64,000 nt of DNA from Octopus sinensis (GCF_006345805.1 NC_043004.1:102238001-102302000), one strand, 5' to 3'. Positions 38,301 to 51,405 are shown, numbered from the stretch's first letter. Numbers and translations: made by a program. Notes: a model not told the origin generated them from the sequence alone.

Positions 38301-38828
38301 TCCTTAAGTATTGTATAACATATGTGATATACTGCATTATGATGCAAGTGTGACTGATATCCTGGTATTTTATTTTGCACTAAAACAACAATCCAGTAGC
38401 ATCAGTGCAATAACCACTCCAAATTACACCTTGTTGTTTTTTTCCCCACAAGGACAGAGAGAAAGGACAACATAGGGGTGTAAATAAAGTCAAAACCCAA
38501 ACATTTGCATGAATGTTCAGAAGGTGTCGATGGATTTGAAGAAAGCACTAATATTCCTAAGCCTTATGGCAATAATGAAGCAATGCCCTTACCATGTAGT
38601 ATGGTCCCACTTGATGAAAAAAAATTATTCTAATTGTTGAGTTAACATTGCATTGGGACAGTAACATGACTATGTGGTTAAAGTTTGCTTCTCAACCATA
38701 TAGTTTTGGGCTTAGTCACTGTGTGACACCTTAGGCAACTGTTTTCTGCTACAGCTTCAGGTCAGACAAAGCCTTGTGTATGAACTTGGTTGACAGAAAC
38801 TCAAAGAAGCACCATTTGTTGTCAATCT

Positions 38829-39135
38829 TCATCATCATCATCGTTTAATGTCCGTTTTTTCCATGCTAGCATGGGTTGGACGGTTTGATTGGGGTCTGGG
38901 AAACCAGGAGGCTGCACCAGGCACCAGTCTGATCTGGCAGTGTTTCTACAGCTGGATGCTCTTCCTAATGCCAACCACTCCGTGAGTGTAGTGGGTGCTT
39001 TTTACATGCCACCGGCACAGGGGCCAGAGGAGGCTGGCAAACGGCTACGATCAGTTGGTGCTTTTACGCGTCACCGACATGGACGCCAGTCGGCGGTGCT
39101 GGCATCTTCCACGTTCGGACGGTGCTTTTAATGTG
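38829..39135 (-). mobile_element. RTE LINE 3'UTR copy
   Basis: (CAT)n cgtttaatgtccgtttttccatgctagc...ttttacatgccaccggcac. Confidence 0.8.
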
Positions 39136-41696
39136 TCTATGAAAAAAGAATCTGTCCAGCCATTGGATTGAGAGATTGTTTGCAGAATCCTCCAGCTTCT
39201 CAAAGAAATTTCTTCTGCTTCTTTGTTCTGAATTACCTTGCTTGTAAACAAGTGAGGATTAGTGACAAGAAGGGTATCCAGCCATAAAAGAATCTGCCTC
39301 AACAAATTCCACCTGAATTAAGTAAGCATTGGAAAGTGGGTGTCAAAAATGATGCCCATGATGAAGATGATAGGAATGAAAAAGGAAGCTGACTTTGGGA
39401 GGATTTGAGTTCAGAGATTTGGAACAAATATCAACATTCTGTTCAATGCTCTGATGGTTCTGCCATTTGGCTGCCTCTTACTACAGAACATGATATTAAT
39501 TTATAAGAAGTAAATGATCTTTGTGAAGTATAATCCCAGACTTATGTAATGTGGGTGTACATGTGTAAATGAAAATGAATGTTATATGGATTTATTTTTA
39601 TTGCTACTGGATTAGTAAGTGATTTGAATAATGATATTAAATCTGTGCCCTTATGTAAAATCAAATATGTATGTCTAGATTAAGCGTATGGTCACTTGTA
39701 TCTATGTGTACGTGTGTGTGTGTGTGTGTATGCAATTTACAAGTTAGTCAGAGGAGGAAGGGCATTGCACATGACCTCTACAAGTGATATTGATGCCACT
39801 GATGTCATGGAAAGTATTCAGAAACTGAAACAGAAGAGTGTGGTATGAGGGGCTTGGTAAAAGGAGTGAAAAGAAAGAGAAGGTAACAAAAAAATGAGAG
39901 AGGGAGAGAGAGTGAAAAGAGGGTTAGTGCTGGTAAAAGAAATGCATATTCAGTAAACAACACTATTTGCGACATGACTTAAGGGAAAGAATAGCTAAAA
40001 AGATAAATGCTATTTTGTCTGTATGTTAATTGTAGTTTTATATGTCATATGAAGCTCATATTCATTGAATTTAGTTTATGAAAAATATTGAGAATTAAAT
40101 AGAAAATAGTGTGGTTTGTGGTGACTCCATAGATATAGGGTGTGTGTGTGTGTGTGTGTATTATACTAAATCTATGCACACGGTTAGAAGGCATGATTCT
40201 GTGGAATTGTCTGAGAAAAACTATTTCATTAACTTGTGTTAAAATCATAATATATATCAGAGTAAGACAAACATCATTACAGTGACTCTCAGGAAGAACG
40301 TTTGCATTTTTGCCTTTCTTGGGGCTTGTCAATGGCATGGTCCCATTTGTCGTTTGCTTAAATAAAATCCATGCTTTGCTATGTAGGAGACAGGGAATAA
40401 GGCATTCACTGGTATTGTGGGAGCTTGTCAAGCTGTAGAAAAACTCAATGTATGCAACTGAAACAGCATTAAATTAAAAGCATGAGTAGGATTCGGCTTA
40501 CTGCTTACAAAACATTTGTGCAACTGTTTGATTTTCTGTAATTAATATATCTGTACGTTACAATGTAATGAGCCCTTTCTTGTATGAATGGTCTTGTTTT
40601 AAAGACTAGGCTATGATGTTTCAGCAAGATATCTACTATATTTCTTCAGAGAAGGAATATTTCTTCTCTGATGAAGCTCAGCAGATACATGCTTTGTTGA
40701 AACATTGTGGCTATGTTGTGAGAATGTGAAGGAATCAAATTATGCAATAGTCCAATTTTTTACATTGAATTATTTCTTATTTGTTGATTACTATGATTAC
40801 CAGATTACCAAGTGATAATCCCCGCTCTTTCTTTGACTGTATTCCCCTGACTCTTTCTTGTATGAGGGGTTTTGTGGGTAAAGCCATATGTAGAAAGCAG
40901 CATAGAACTTCCTGCACAATGGTTCAGTGATGCCCATGGCTTACACTGAAATGTCTTAATAAAATTTTTAGACACAGACATGACTGTGGGTGAGAAGTTC
41001 GTTGGACAATCATATGGTACCAGGTTCAGTCCCACTGTGTGGCATCCTGGGTAAATATCTTCTATCATTCTAGGTTCACTTATGTCTTGTAAGTGGATTT
41101 GGTAGACAAAAAACTTTATTTAGCACATTTTGCATTCTCTCTCTCTGTACACACACATACGTACACACGTCTGTGTGTGTTAATGCACATGAGTGTTGAT
41201 ATTTTGCTTGTTACTGAATAATGTGATGCTGATGTTGACATCCCTTGTTAACATTGTGACTGATCATTTTATCCTTTTGAAAACCTATGCACTATCAATA
41301 TTTCTTACTTGAAACACACACACACACACATGCATGAACAAACAAACAAAAGCAGCACTCACCACCTCAACACATTTAATCGGAGTTGTATTTACTGAGT
41401 AACAAGTCGACTTAGTTTCTCATAGCTTTACCCTTTAACCAAAACTTGATTATTTAACTTTGATCAAATAAACAAACTCTGTAATGTGTATTGAGTACTT
41501 TCTTTCTTCTGTTTGTACACGTAATATTGATTGGTCATAAAAATGTGGTTTAGTCATGCATCCAAAGGGAATATCAAAACACTAAGCTGCTTCAAAAAGG
41601 AAAGACTAAAATTCAATAATGTATAATGAAAACAGTTCTAGTTTGTATGATTGATTGTGATAAATTCCTGGGTAATCCTTGTTGTTCTTTTTCCAG

Positions 41697-41807
41697 AATC
41701 TGAGAAGCCAAGGAAGTGACTTAGCAGCATTCAAAACCCAAGTAGAGCAAGAGTTCCAGGTTGATTCTGCCAGCTTTGAGAATATCACTGCAAGTATGAA
41801 AGAAATG
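41697..41807 (+). CDS. EFCAB14: EFCAB14-like exon, 111 nt (phase 0-0)
   Basis: gttgttctttttccag acceptor and ATG|gtgagt donor. NLRSQGSDLAAFKTQVEQEFQVDSASFENITASMKEM; sequon NIT. Confidence 0.8.
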
Positions 41808-42178
41808 GTGAGTAGGATATTTCTATTGCCTGTCTTTTAACAAATGTATATATTATTATTTTCCTTCAATTTATTTCTATCAACATGTTACATCTAATGG
41901 CCATGTTATATCTATGTCCATGTAATATTGTAGCCATTGTCCATATATTATATTTTATATCTATGCACTGTCATATCTATAGTTATGTTAATATCTTGTG
42001 TCCATGTTGATATTTAGGAAGATAAAATGTTGTGTAGTTATTTAGAATAACAGATTAAATATCTTGCTTTAGCAAGTTATATCATATGTTTCAGTCATTG
42101 GACTGCAGCCATGCTGGGCACCACCTTGAAGGGTTTAGTCAGACAAATCAGCCCCTGTACTTATTTTTTAGTCTAGTA

Positions 42179-42387
42179 CAGTGGTTTTCAACCAGGGTTC
42201 CACGGAACCATAGGGTTCCACCAGTAAAGTCCAGGGGTTCTGCAAGAAGTTACAAAACTGCTAAAATCAGCAGTAATTTTTAATTCTCCTGTGCAGATAT
42301 GTGTGCAAAATTATTGCACAGGGGTTCCTCAAGCCAGTGGAATGTTTCCTTGGGGTTCTGCTCCAGCAAAAAGTTTGAAAAGCACTG
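42179..42387. mobile_element. hAT (Charlie-like) MITE inserted in a SINE family A remnant
   Basis: CAGTGGTTTTCAA...TTGAAAAGCACTG termini; 8-bp TSD gtctagta/atctagta (7/8). Confidence 0.8.
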
Positions 42388-42749
42388 ATCTAGTACCTAT
42401 TCTATTGGTCATCTTTTGCCTAACTGCTAAGTTACAAGGCATAAATAAAACAATGCCTGCTGTCAAGCAATGGAGGGGGAAATGAGACACACACACACAC
42501 ACACATACATATGTATATATGGGTTGAAGTCTTGCTAGAGTTACCCACTGGTCAATGAAATGTATTTGACCAAAGTCTGTTTCTCTATATGTGGCTTTTT
42601 AACCAAAGTAAGAAATAAGTATTTGAAGAAGCCAGGCTTTCAGTTTTAGCCAACCATGCTTTTCTCCTTTATTGCCATATACTATACTGGTGTCAGAGCG
42701 AAAATAGCCATTGGAAGGGAGGTAATTCTTAATTTTCTGCTTTACTCTC

Positions 42750-42964
42750 TCTTTACTCTTTTACTTGTTTCAGTCATTTGACTGCGGCCATGCTGGAGCA
42801 CCGCCTTTAATCGAGCAACTCGACCCCGGTACTTATTCTTTTGTAAGCCCAGTACTTATTCTATCGGTCTCTTTTGCCGAACCGCTAAGTAACGGGGACA
42901 TAAACTCACCAGCATCGGTTGTCAAGCAATGCTAGGGGGACAAACACAGACACACAAATACACG

Positions 42965-43013
<49 letters not shown>

Positions 43014-43126
43014 GTGTATATATATATGTATGTATATATATGTGTATATATATATGTGTATATATATATGTATGTATGTATATATATATATGTGTATATA
43101 TATATGTATATATATATATGTGTATA

Positions 43127-43173
<47 letters not shown>

Positions 43174-43335
43174 GACGGGCTTCTTTCAGTTTTCGTCTAC
43201 CAAATCCACTAACAAGGCTTTGGTCGGCCCGGGGCGATAGTAGAAGCCACTTGCCCAAGGTGCCATGCAGTGGGACTGAACCCGGAACCATGTGGTTGGT
43301 AAACAAGCTACTTACCACACAACCACTCCTGCGCT
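42750..43335 (-). mobile_element. SINE family A with expanded internal (TA/TG)n of about 210 bp
   Basis: Full-length copy; 42961-43171 is microsatellite. Confidence 0.85.
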
Positions 43336-44224
43336 TTGAGGACTCTTGTATTACACAGTCTTTCTGTATTGCAATAACGTCGTCAGGAACATACTAATAC
43401 CAATGATCACAGCTAAATGCCTTTGAACATAATAAGCCTATTAGATCAGGGCCAGTTTTGACCTAAACAGTAACAACAGTTGCTGCTATTGAAGCTACTA
43501 TTACTGCAACCATGTTGGACAGCCTTATTAATAAACAACTATTACACAAAGTGACAACTTTTGAAGTACATCCAACACTGGTACTCTATTGTGTGGTTGT
43601 CCTTTACGTCTTACAGTAATCAGAAGAATGTTTCATGTGAGATATACACGTATGTATTATATGAGTTAAACAGGATATGCAGCCTGCTTTACCTTAGAAA
43701 TGGCAAACAGACGTATATTCTTGTACTATACTCACACATGCACACACCACTGTCCTTAAGACAGAGGTTTGATACAAGTTACTTGTTGAGAAAACATTTA
43801 ATCTGGGAACTGGAAGGTGCAATGCTTCATAGTGACCAGTGTTTTAACCCTGGGTAGAAATCTTTGGACAAATGAAATATTAAGAAAATAAAGATACATT
43901 CTTGTGTGAGAGATTGGAAGTATTTTCTTGGAGAGGTTGGGTGGTTTGTTTATTTTTCAGCTCTTAATTTGTATAATCTGCTTTGAAATATTTATGTATG
44001 TTAGTTTCTTTATATTATGTGTGTATGACTATATATGTGTATATAAGTTTGCATGTGTGTTCATAGGTGAAGCAGGTAGGTTAATGAGTCTAATTTCGAA
44101 TAGTGTATTTATTTGTTATTGCTAATACTTAGATTTCATGACAGAAATCTTTATTACTATCAGTAAGGTATGTGTGTACACAAACTATATCTTATGTTTA
44201 TCTCTTTTAACATGTCATTTACAG

Positions 44225-44314
44225 AGAGCAGATATTAAACAACTTCAAATTGAGAAGGGACATGCTGATAACTTTACATATGATTTTACCAGATTAACTA
44301 CCCAATTCCAAGAA
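44225..44314 (+). CDS. EFCAB14: EFCAB14-like exon, 90 nt (phase 0-0)
   Basis: tctcttttaacatgtcatttacag acceptor and GAA|gttagt donor. RADIKQLQIEKGHADNFTYDFTRLTTQFQE; sequon NFT; keeps the frame. Confidence 0.7.
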
Positions 44315-45568
44315 GTTAGTAACATGCATTGTTTTTATCTTCGATTTTTATATTTATTCTGGAAATATGAATAAATATTAATTTGTTACATTGTTATGCT
44401 AATAAATATTAAATTTCTGTTTATTTCCATATTTTATTCGGGGCTTAATAGTTATATCTTTTACAAAGATTAGTAGGATAAAAGAAAAGACTGATCTGTG
44501 AATTATATACTAGACTTTGTTTTTGAGATGACACAGCTGCTGCTATGGCCTGCACGAAAACAGTAGAGTAGAATCTTGCTCTGAAAGCTTGACAAACAAT
44601 CAGGACTTCATCATATTTTATGTCCCCTTTTCTGTTCTGTGCTGGTAGGAGTTGGACGTGTATGTTTCAGTAATATTCCTTGCCACTTGTCATAATCCTT
44701 CGTCATCTTGTTTGTGAAACCCATCATACCTCAGTACTATATTTTCCGGCATACAAGTTGACATAGCATATAAATATAAACATGTACTGTAAACATTCAA
44801 ACATCATCTCTGTCTTTCCAAATCCTGCTGCATTTCACATAGAATTTTCGGTTCTCAAAAGTTGTCTTGGTGTATAAGTAATCTTGCCTTTTCTGAAAAT
44901 ACAATACTTCTTCCCACATCTTTGGTTTTCCCCTTCCACTGCAAATGCTAGATGCACCATTATAATTAGCAATAGAAGAATTTGTGAAATGTAATCCAGG
45001 GATCTTGAATGATTTGTTGAATTATTAATAAGTCTTAAAATTATTTGGTACCAAAATTCGAGTTGCTAGAAGAATAAAAGGATTCAAAAAGTTACATCTG
45101 TTGACAACAAAGCCTTTTTTTATAGCCAAAGAGGAATCCTCTTTTGGTCACTCAACCTGCTAGAATCAGCATCCATATCTCCCTTAAATTATGCTCTAAA
45201 ATGAAAGGCACATTTAATGATGCAATCTAAGATAGGAAAAACCTGACAGCCATCACTGGGAAATTTTTAACCAGAGCTAATGTGGAACTAAATAATAGCT
45301 GGCCTTAATTTTATTGAACCTGGACATGTGAACAGTGATTCATTTGGGTTCGGAATGTTAAGGGGCAAGAAATTAAATATTGTAGAGGACTGTAGATCAT
45401 GTAGTCCTAGATACATCGTCACAGGTAGGTCATGACTGGAATGTTGTTGATGTAACTGCTTGATCAGGGCTGACTTGTGCTTAAGAGGCAAACCTGAGCC
45501 CATGACTCTGGTTCTCTGAAGACACCTTGACCTGCTAGGAACAAATCTTCTTCAAATCACTTTTCCCT

Positions 45569-45707
45569 ATCATCATCATCATCATCGTTTAGCGTCCGCT
45601 TTCCATGCTGGCATGGGTTGGACGGTTCAACTGGGGTCTGGGAAGCCAGAAGGCTGCACCAGGCCCAGTCTGATCTGGCAATGTTTCTACGGCTGGATGC
45701 CCTTCTT
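45569..45707 (-). mobile_element. RTE LINE 3'UTR short copy
   Basis: (CAT)n cgtttagcgtccgctttccatgctggc...ggatgcccttc. Confidence 0.8.
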
Positions 45708-45764
45708 GAAAAATGGTTAGGCACATTGGAATTTGTGGTCATAGACGCATTACTTCTAATCAGT

Positions 45765-46290
45765 CAGGGGTGTGGGTAGAGAGATAACCTATATTGAAAG
45801 TTTTCTCTGTGCTGTCTGTATGAAGTATATGTAAGGAGTATGTTAGAAGAGTACGCTTATGATCAAAAGTGGCCCATACTTGATGATCTTGTTCTTGAAC
45901 GTAACATATCTTAGAATGTCAACAAGTAAAAGAATTACTTTTCAAAGATGTAAGTTAATTTTTTGGCTCAAAAAGCAAGGCCATGTAGGGGGACATGGAG
46001 TTATGTGCAAGGTGGTGTTCATGCAAAGAGTTCAGGCTATTTCTGGTCGAGAGAGACTTTGAACCGAGCGGTCGTTGGCATCTTCACTATCTCGTCCAGC
46101 AGCTTATTCCATGGATCCGCAACCCAGACGGAGAAAGCCCCTCTCCTTCGATTAAGATGAAATTGTCACAGATAGAGCTTTGCAGAGTGACCCCAAAGCC
46201 AACGCTCTGGAGCAGGAGTGAAGAACAGCTCTTTCGAGAGGTTACACTTTCCGCTTATGATGTTGTGAGGAAGAATGAGATCACCACTTA
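45765..46290 (-). mobile_element. CR1-clade LINE 3' fragment
   Basis: HNIISGKCNLSKELFF...WGHSAKLYL*QFHLNRRRGAFSVWVADPWNKLLDEIVKMPTTARFKVSLD fits the RGH..KL / F..RV...WN.LP / FK..LD pattern of CR1 ORF2 ends. Confidence 0.75.
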
Positions 46291-46447
46291 AGACTTCAGT
46301 TGTGTTTTGTTGCAAATTGAGCATCCTCATTAGGCTTTGTTGTTTGTTCACCAATGTTCCTTTTGAGAACGATGAAGTATTTGCATTTTATATAGCATTT
46401 GTTTACTTTTGATTCTTTTTTAATCATTTATTTCTTTATTTCTGTAG

Positions 46448-46663
46448 GATTTGAACTCCACAGAAGTTAAACTCAAGGACCAGATTTTACAGCTACAAAA
46501 GCAGTTCTATATTTTTGAATCCCAGCTTAACGAGACAACCACAGCTGCTAATAATACAACTACTACCACCACCAGCACAGACGTCACCACCTCCACTACA
46601 AATCCTCCGACCAACAGCATTCCTAGTAGCACAGGCTCAACAAAGGCAGCTACTAAAAAATAG
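46448..46663 (+). CDS. EFCAB14: EFCAB14-like last coding exon: coiled coil plus Thr/Ser-rich tail, TAG stop
   Basis: tttctttattttctgtag acceptor. DLNSTEVKLKDQILQLQKQFYIFESQLNETTTAANNTTTTTTSTDVTTSTTNPPTNSIPSSTGSTKAATKK*, followed 6 nt later by donor AGA|gtaagt (46670). Sequons NST, NET, NNT, NTT. Confidence 0.75.
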   Translation, partial: DLNSTEVKLKDQILQLQKQFYIFESQLNETTTAANNTTTTTTSTDVTTSTTNPPTNSIPSSTGSTKAATKK

Positions 46664-47040
46664 CTCAGAGTAAGTACAGAGAATTTTGCCCCATAATTAC
46701 CTTTATTTGGTTTACATTCTTGCTTCATAGATAAGGCTCTGGCACGATTTATGTACTTGCTCTGATGTGTACATAGTCATGTTGCTCAGTTTAAAACCAT
46801 TACTTGGCACTTGGGTGTTTTTAGTGGAATCTACTTTGTTGCTAATGTATGAGCCAGGTCTCTAGTTTGGAACCACTCTCCTCCTGCCCTCTGGTTTTGG
46901 AGGTCCTCTAAAGAATGATGTGTGTTGCCCTTTTCGGGTGTGACTGTGATTAAGAAGCTCACTTTGCAACCATGTCGTTTCAGGTTCAGTTCCACTGCAC
47001 AGCACTTGTGCAAGTGTCTACTATAGCTCTGGAAGCAACT

Positions 47041-47272
47041 AATCATCATCATCATCATTTAGCGTCCGCTTTCCATGCTGGCATGGGTTGGACGGTGCAA
47101 CTGGGGTCTGGGAGGCCAGAAGGCTGCACCAGGCCCAGTCTGATCTGGCAATGCTTCTACGGCTGGATGCCCTTCCTAACGCCAACCATTCCATGAGTGT
47201 AGTGGGTGCTTTTTACGTGCCACCGGCACGGGGGCCAGGTGGGGCTGGCAACGGCCACGGTCAGATGGTGTA
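47041..47272 (-). mobile_element. RTE LINE 3'UTR copy
   Basis: (CAT)n ttagcgtccgctttcc...gtgccaccggcacgggggcc. Confidence 0.8.
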
Positions 47273-49156
47273 GTAAGCGGAAAATGTTTGGAAGCCCATT
47301 GTATATAGGTTTGTGTGTGTGTGTGTCTCCCACAGCCACTTAATAATCAGTGTTGGCTGGTTTACATCTCCGTAACTTGGTGGTTCAACAAAAGTGACCT
47401 ATAGAGTAAGTACAGGACTTAAACATAAGTCCAGCAGTTGATTTGTTAAACTGAACCCTTCAAGGCAGTGCTCCAGCATGGCCACACCAAATACATGAAA
47501 CAAGTAAAAGATAAGTTAAGGGATATGTAGACACGCACAGTTATATATGCACACTTACTGTTGTTTTATAATGAGCAGCTACTGCTAGAATAGCAAAGTT
47601 AACTTTTGAAATCAAAAATCAATCAAGTTCATTGTCAACAATATAACGGTAGAGAAATGCTTCAGTAGGGCATTCTGTATGCGAAATACAAATTAGGTTG
47701 AGTCTCACATAGGGAAATCTCGATCAGCTGAGATTACTCCTGCAATTAGTAAACAAATATTTCCAATATCCTCCGAGTGTTTAAAAATCTTTAAAAAGAA
47801 GTGTTTATGCATAACTTAACTGTTCTGGTGAGAGTTACCTCCCTTAGTTGCTTTTTTTTTCCCCCACGAATTTTTTAACTCCTTTTAGAGGGAGATTTTC
47901 TTTATTATTAAATTGCTTCTCCTTTGTTCAGTCGAACGATCGCCACCAGCATTTATTTTATATTCTTAAATTACAGTCTGGTATTTGTTCTATAGATTTC
48001 TTTTGCTGAACCGCTAAGTTACGGAAACGTAAACAAGCCAACACCACTTGTGAAGCGGGGTGTGTGGCACACACAGAGCAGATGAATTATACACTTTTCT
48101 GCCTTCAAAAACCACTTTTTTGTCTCTCTCCAACTTCAGCTCAGTTTTCATCTGATTATCTGTTCCTACCTCCTCTTCTTCCTTTTCTCTGAACTTCCAC
48201 TATCCAATGAAGGGCTGTGCATAAGATCTCTACTTTTAGTTTTCCCTCTAAAACTTTCAAGTATTAAAGTAATAATATTCACTGTGAACGTCCCTTTTGA
48301 CTATTGTTTTTGAATTTATTGATTCGCCTATACACACACCATATAGTTTCTGGCCACCAAATTCACTCACAAGGTATTGGCCAACCCCGGGCTTTTGTAG
48401 AAGACACATTTGCCTGAGGTCTTGTGCAGTAGGACTAAATCCGAAACCACGTGGTTGCAAAGCTAGTTTCTTTAATCACACAGCCTAGCATGCACCTATA
48501 CTTTTTAATAATATTTCATATGTTAGACTTTACTGTATCAGCAAGTGTGTTGTCTTGTCAATTACCTAGATAAAAATAAATGGTAGAAACTTTAACTGTT
48601 TAGTTCATGGAAGTGTAATTAACTGGGTTTCAGTTCCATTTCTGCTCTTCAGTATGTTTTGCATCAAGCTCCTTCTTAAGAGGCGGCTGTTAGAAATGAT
48701 TGGTGGGGGGTTCACTGTGTGGTTGAAGGAAGTGTAAAATGCTGAGTGTGAGTTCTATTTCCTCTCACTTTGTATTGCATTACACTTCCCCTTAAGAAGC
48801 AACCTGTAGAGCTGTAGAGATATAGCTAGAGCTGTGACAATATCGTAGGGTAAAGACACTCATCAGTCATGAATGACTGTGGGATTGCACTTAGAAAGTT
48901 ACCCTCCGAAGCACAAGTGTGGGCAGGCTTGTTTATGGAAGGCCAGCAAAGGCTGATACTGCTTGGCACCAGTAGACATCACATCTCATTTCTACAGCTG
49001 AGTGAACTGGAGCAACATGAAATAAAGTGTCTTGCTCAAGAACACAACACACAGCCCAGTCTGGGAATCAAACCGATCCTGATGCTCTAAGCACTGAGTC
49101 AAATGCAGTGTGTATTCTTCTTCATGCACTAGATGTGGGGTTGTTTCTATGGTCAT

Positions 49157-49500
49157 GTGGAGGTGCAATGGCCCAGTGGTTAGGGCAGCGGACTCGCGGT
49201 TTCGATTCCCAGACCGGGCGTTGTGAGTGTTTATTGAGCGAAAACACCTAAAAGTTCCACGAGGCTCCGGCAGGGGATGGTGGTGATCCCTGCTGTACTC
49301 TTTCACCACAACTTTCTCTCACTCTTACTTCCTGTTTCTGTTGTACCTGTATTTCAAAGGGCCAGCCTTGTCACTCTCTGTGTCACGCTGAATATCCCCG
49401 AGAACTACGTTAAGGGTGCACGTGTCTGTGGAGTGCTCAGCCACTTACACGTTAATTTCACGAGCAGGCTGTTCCTCGTCGTCGTAACCGACGGAGTGCT
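49157..49500 (+). mobile_element. tRNA-derived SINE family D
   Basis: ggaggtgcaatggcccagtggttagggcagcgg (A box) and ggtttcgattccc (B box), followed by a non-tRNA body. Confidence 0.75.
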
Positions 49501-50015
49501 TCCCTCCTCTATGACCATGTGTAATTGATTGTAGGGCATTTTACTGTATTCTTTATTTTGTTGCTGTGTAATGCTTTCATTCCATAATTCTTTTCTGCTC
49601 AATTTTTTTCGCTCTTTACTCCATTTCTTCTCAACTCCATTTACGCACCCCATGCAACCCATTTGCTCTTGTGTCCAGTCACCTCTAAGTCCATCCCCAC
49701 CAGCCATGCCTTTTTGCTCAAGCTCTTCAGTTTTTACTTCTGTATTACACTCACTCCATAGTTCTTTCCATGTCTCATTTTTTTCTGTTAAGACTCACTC
49801 ACTCACACACACACACATTTACGTATATGTATGTATATATATGTTGATATAATTATAACAATGAGGGTCTTTGCAACAAGTTGCTAGACTACATACCGAA
49901 AGTTTTAGAAATAGCAGCCAGAGGACTGCTATTTCCTTTCCATACCGAAATACTACTTTGAGAAATTTGTTGATTTTATTAAATTAATTATATTTCACCC
50001 TTTATCTGTATGTTG

Positions 50016-50056
<41 letters not shown>

Positions 50057-50120
50057 TTAAAAAATCCTTTAGAATGTTTTAGCCCGAAGGCCACGGCCAT
50101 GCTGGGGCACCACCGCTGAA

Positions 50121-50151
<31 letters not shown>

Positions 50152-50160
50152 ATATTTCAG

Positions 50161-51370
50161 CTCTTCTTGCTTTGAATATAACCCTTGTCTCTGTGAGAGA
50201 TGATTGTTCCATAAACCTACACCGCAGCATCCACCAATTGAGAAAGATGAGTGAGAGAGAGAGAGAGAAAGGAAGAAATATGACAGTTTTGTTTTGTTGT
50301 TACCTTGTTATACTGTTACTTTGTCTGTTTGTATTATTAACTTTGGTCACCCACAGCTTCCAGACTTATTGTGATAAGTGAACAGTTGTATCAATATTAT
50401 CACTAACAACACCTCTACTACTACTACTACTCAAACCATAGCTTCCAGACATATTGTGATAACAGATATATCAGGACTAGTGTTAACACAACCTATATTA
50501 TACTCTTCTAACCCACACAACCCACATATTCAGTTTGTAACCCGTTTCCTCCTGAGAAGGAACTTTCTATACCAAAGTAGCAGCTGTTTCTTTTGGGCCT
50601 TTTTTATTGTTTTTCTAAACTTTTTTTTTTTCGGAAATACTAACTTGGACTGCAATCCATCTGTGCTAGATCCCTCTTTCTAATGTAAGTTTGTACACAC
50701 ACACACACACACACGCACCTACACATACACAGTACTACTACACCCCACCCCCTCCTCCCCGACCAGTGTTCTAGTATCTTCAGTTACACAGGAAGCTGTA
50801 TATCACTAAACAGTGAAATGTTTCAAAAGCACCATTATTTCATGAGTGCATCATTTGATTCCGGTTGGTACCAGTAATTAGGTATTGCTCATCAGTTCTA
50901 AGATAACAAATCTAATACTTCTTCATTAGGTACTAAATTGGTATAAAACAAAAACAAAGACAAAAACAAACAAAAGAACTTGGTACTCATTGCCATGACC
51001 AATAATATTTTGATATAGTACATTGCCACTAGTACTGATTGGTATCAACATTGTTATATCAATGATTACTGTGTGTCTGTTGGTAGTTGGTACTACCAGT
51101 AATTCTTTCAAACTGAATTTTTTTCAGAAAGAATGGGAACAGAGATTTAACAACAAAAAAAAAGATATTTTATTTTGACTTTTGTTTTTTAAGCAATAAA
51201 ATGAAATACAACAGATAAAGTTTTTTCTGATATTTAAATTTCTCTCAACCAAAATAATCCAGGTGAGGGATTTTTTTTTTTTGTACATTTTTGATTCTAA
51301 AATCTCATTTTGTTAGTCCTCTTTTTGTAATGTTTGTCTTGTGAAATAAAAAGGAAAATATTGAATGATG
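50161..51370 (+). other. Probable terminal 3'UTR exon of the EFCAB14-like gene
   Basis: Strong acceptor (long T run then tatatttcag) at 50160. About 1.2 kb of AU-rich sequence free of recognisable TEs, ending at AATAAA signals. The end coordinate is estimated. Confidence 0.5.
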
Positions 51371-51405
51371 TAATTTTTTTTTTTTTATGTTGTTGTTGTT
51401 TTTCA
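51345..51405 (+). promoter_or_regulatory. Candidate polyadenylation signal with downstream U/GU-rich element
   Basis: AATAAA at 51345-51350 followed by ttttatgttgttgttgtttttc about 30-55 nt downstream. An alternative AATAAA lies at 51195-51200. Confidence 0.45.

Noticed and set aside
40615-40705. CTGATGA...GAAAC hammerhead-like words in an imperfect palindrome
   Set aside because: Stem II does not abut GAAA and no stem I pairing can be drawn. It is only a degenerate inverted repeat.
49157-49230. Possible tRNA gene
   Set aside because: A and B boxes are present but the anticodon arm is partly deleted, no acceptor stem closes, and a SINE body follows.
50172-50683. ORFs 50172-50381 and 50378-50683 as further coding exons
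   Set aside because: They lie downstream of the in-frame stop, show no EF-hand or other domain, and have low-complexity UTR-like composition. They would matter only if the A6 run before the stop is an assembly error.
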